A DNA stretch of 62,396 nucleotides, counting the filler, from Reclinomonas americana ATCC 50394 (Eukaryota), in assembly GCA_048213135.1 (NCBI GenBank). It is 4 parts of 2 records of this genome, joined end to end, with 100 filler letters (N's around TTAATTAATTAA, not from the genome) between each part and the next. Parts side by side here need not be neighbours in the genome. Positions count along the whole stretch, not along the records: positions 57,334 to 62,396 come from PS015082.1; 3 more parts are not named here. One strand, 5' to 3'. Numbering within the stretch: the first letter of the stretch is position 1; every line of letters starts with the position of its first letter. The position numbers and the translations under genes were made by a program. Positions 60,244-62,396 of this stretch are shown piece after piece. The notes under the pieces are model-generated. The model worked only from the letters and a program-made list of their open reading frames with translations. It did not search any database and was not told the origin of the DNA.

Positions 60244-62396
60244 ATGGCCACGTTGCCGTTCAAAGTCGACTATGCCGCCAGCAGCCGCGCAGGCTGCAAG
60301 GTATCCCCCTCACGTGCCTGCATCTCTTGTGCGCACACACTCTTCTCATTGTGTGGTGTGTTGTGTAGACGTGTGGTGACAAGATTGAAAAGGACGAGTT
60401 GCGCGTGGGTCGCATGGTGCAAGCAGCCAACTTTGATGGCATGTACCCGCAGTGGCACCACTACCGCTGCTTCTTCCGTCGCAAGAACCCATTTGGACTC
60501 GGCGATGTGGCCAACATTGATGGTGCATGTCAAGTGATTACATCATTGCGTTGTACTTGTGACTGAGAGAACAGCGACAACGAATAGGTTTTGCGTCATT
60601 GCGCTGGGATGATCAGCAAAAGATCCGTCAGCAACTGGGAATTGATACCACTGGTGCGCCTGTTGCTGCAGCTGCGGCTGCGGCTGCGGGAGATGATGGC
60701 GATGGAGAGAAGAAGAAGAAGGGCAAGGCCGGTAAGCGTGGGGCGAAGCGAGCGGCTGATGCGGAGGCCGAGGAGGCACCGACAGTGAAGAAGGGAGCGG
60801 CGGCGGCGGAGACCAAGATGACGACGTACGAGAAGAAGCTGGTGGCGCAGAATGAGGGGCTGTGGGCGCTCAAGGACAGTCTGAAGCAGCACACCGATAA
60901 CTCGATGCTGCGCGCGCTGTTGGAGGAGAACGATTTGCCGACGCATGGTATGTGTGCGCAAGCTGGTATCCATTTGTGTGGTTTTTCCACCGAATGCTGG
61001 TTGTCTGGCGTGCAGGTGGCCAGCAGCGTCTGATTGATCGCTGTGCCGATGCCATGTATTTTGGTGTGCCGCCGCCGTGTCCAATGGACTGCGACAAGAG
61101 CGGCCGCATGGTGCATCGCTTCTTGTCTCTTCCCTTCTTCCTCCTCTCCTCCCGCTCATGTGTGTGGTGCAGAAATTCGAGGCCGATGGCGAGTACAAGT
61201 GCACGAGCAACCTGAATGGGTGGACCAAGTGCACGTACTCCATCTCTGCCGACGAGATCAAGGTCAACGCCTTCCAGGTGCCGAGCCAGTACCGTGAGCT
61301 GGACTTTTTCGACAAGTGGAAGTTCAAGAAGCACGCTCGTGTCGTCGACCCTACGGCGGCTGCCTCGCTCAAGCGCAAGCAGGCGGCGAGCGGAGCCGTC
61401 ATGAAGGTGACGATTGTGGTTTGTGCTTTTTCGATGCATCGCTGCCTGCTCACATTGCTCCTCGAACAGGTGGATCCGGCGACGGAGATGGAGGTCGACG
61501 GCAAGCCGTTTGCCAACAAGACAATCGCTCTTGCCGGCCGTCTCAGTACGAATCAGTCGGCAATCATCGAGCGCATCTCGGCGCTAGGTGGCACCGTGTC
61601 GGCATCCATCAGCACCAGCGTCAATTTTGTCATCGCCACGGCCAAGGAGTACGCTGCGCGCAGCGGCAAGATCAAGGACGCCATCCGCTGCAACCTGCCC
61701 ATCGTGAACGAGTCGTACCTCGATGAGTGCGAGAAGGAGGGCAAGCGTCTGCCTGTCGCCACCTACCTGCTGAACGAGTTCAAGGAGGAGGACGGGTCAG
61801 CCGTGCCGGGCATTGTTGCGTGAGACGCATATTCATCAACGAACAACCCACTCCCCGCTCACTCTGTGCGCGTGTGCCGTGCAGATGACCACCGCCGGTC
61901 GCAAACTCGGTGACGACCTGGGTTCGTCGAGTGGCACACGCAAGCTGAAGGTCAAGGGACTCAGTGCCGTCGACCCCGACTCGGGACTGGTACGCTGACT
62001 GGCTGTCGCGCCTGTGCCGGGTGTTGGCGATGAGTGTGACTCACCGTTTGTGTTTTTGCCAGGATGACAAGGCTCACATCCTGAACGACAGCGGCACCAT
62101 CTACAACGCGACGATGACCATGACCGACCTGGCCACGAACCAGAACAAGTACTACATTCTGCAAGTGATTGAGCTCGACAATGGTCGTGGCTGGGTGCGT
62201 GGTGGCATGTGATTCATCTCTGTGTCTCTCTCCTTCCCTCCGTGTGCTGAGTTTGTCGCTGGTGACAGTTTGTGTGGCGCAAGTGGGGCCGTGTCGGCAC
62301 CGATCGCGGCGACTCCAAACTGGAGGAGTTTGGCAGCAAGGCCGACGCCATCGATGTTTTCCTGGCCCAGTACCAGGAGAAGTCCGGCAATCGGTT
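60244..62396 (+). CDS. PARP1: PARP1-like poly(ADP-ribose) polymerase, 5' part (zf-PARP, PADR1, BRCT, WGR); continues beyond window
   Basis: VDYAASSRAGCK|TC...WHHYRCF, LRWDDQQKI, LIDRCADAMYFG...CP, YKC..NLNGWTKC, BRCT ALGGTV...PIVNESYLDEC, NKYYILQV, RKWGRVG. Confidence 0.93.

Noticed and set aside
1-62396. tRNA/rRNA genes, transposases or prokaryotic operons and defence systems
   Set aside because: No recognisable structural RNA, transposase, RT or integrase motifs were seen; nearly all genes carry spliceosomal introns.

Overview
Gene-dense, intron-rich nuclear DNA from a flagellated microbial eukaryote (about 55-60% GC by eye, mostly 55-90 nt GT-AG introns, CA/GA/GAA microsatellites, standard genetic code). 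It is a draft scaffold with N gaps and three artificial TTAATTAATTAA linkers. By manual splicing I find about 16 genes: a HECT E3 ligase 3' end, two unknown proteins, MsrB, PEP carboxylase, a NELF-E-like RRM protein, SPEF2/CPC1 with inserted ankyrin repeats, MMTAG2-like and ODAD3-like fragments, a NACHT/STAND-pentapeptide-WD40 NLR-like gene, an 18.5 kb type-I membrane protein gene (catalytically dead KP-43-like subtilase, cadherin-like domain, about 20 two-exon TIG-like repeats, FN3 domains, TM helix), a divergent CRAL-TRIO-like ORF, a kinase-like protein, a nucleoplasmin-like protein, a pseudokinase/pseudo-HECT fusion, a GH13 amylase and PARP1. The main leads are the giant pseudo-protease repeat receptor beside an NLR-like gene, a recurrent one-base-shifted 5' splice-site class (GTTGCGT/GTTGAGT), the doubly dead kinase-HECT fusion and a protist NELF-E. 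All gene models and family calls are by eye, with no database search; exon edges are approximate.
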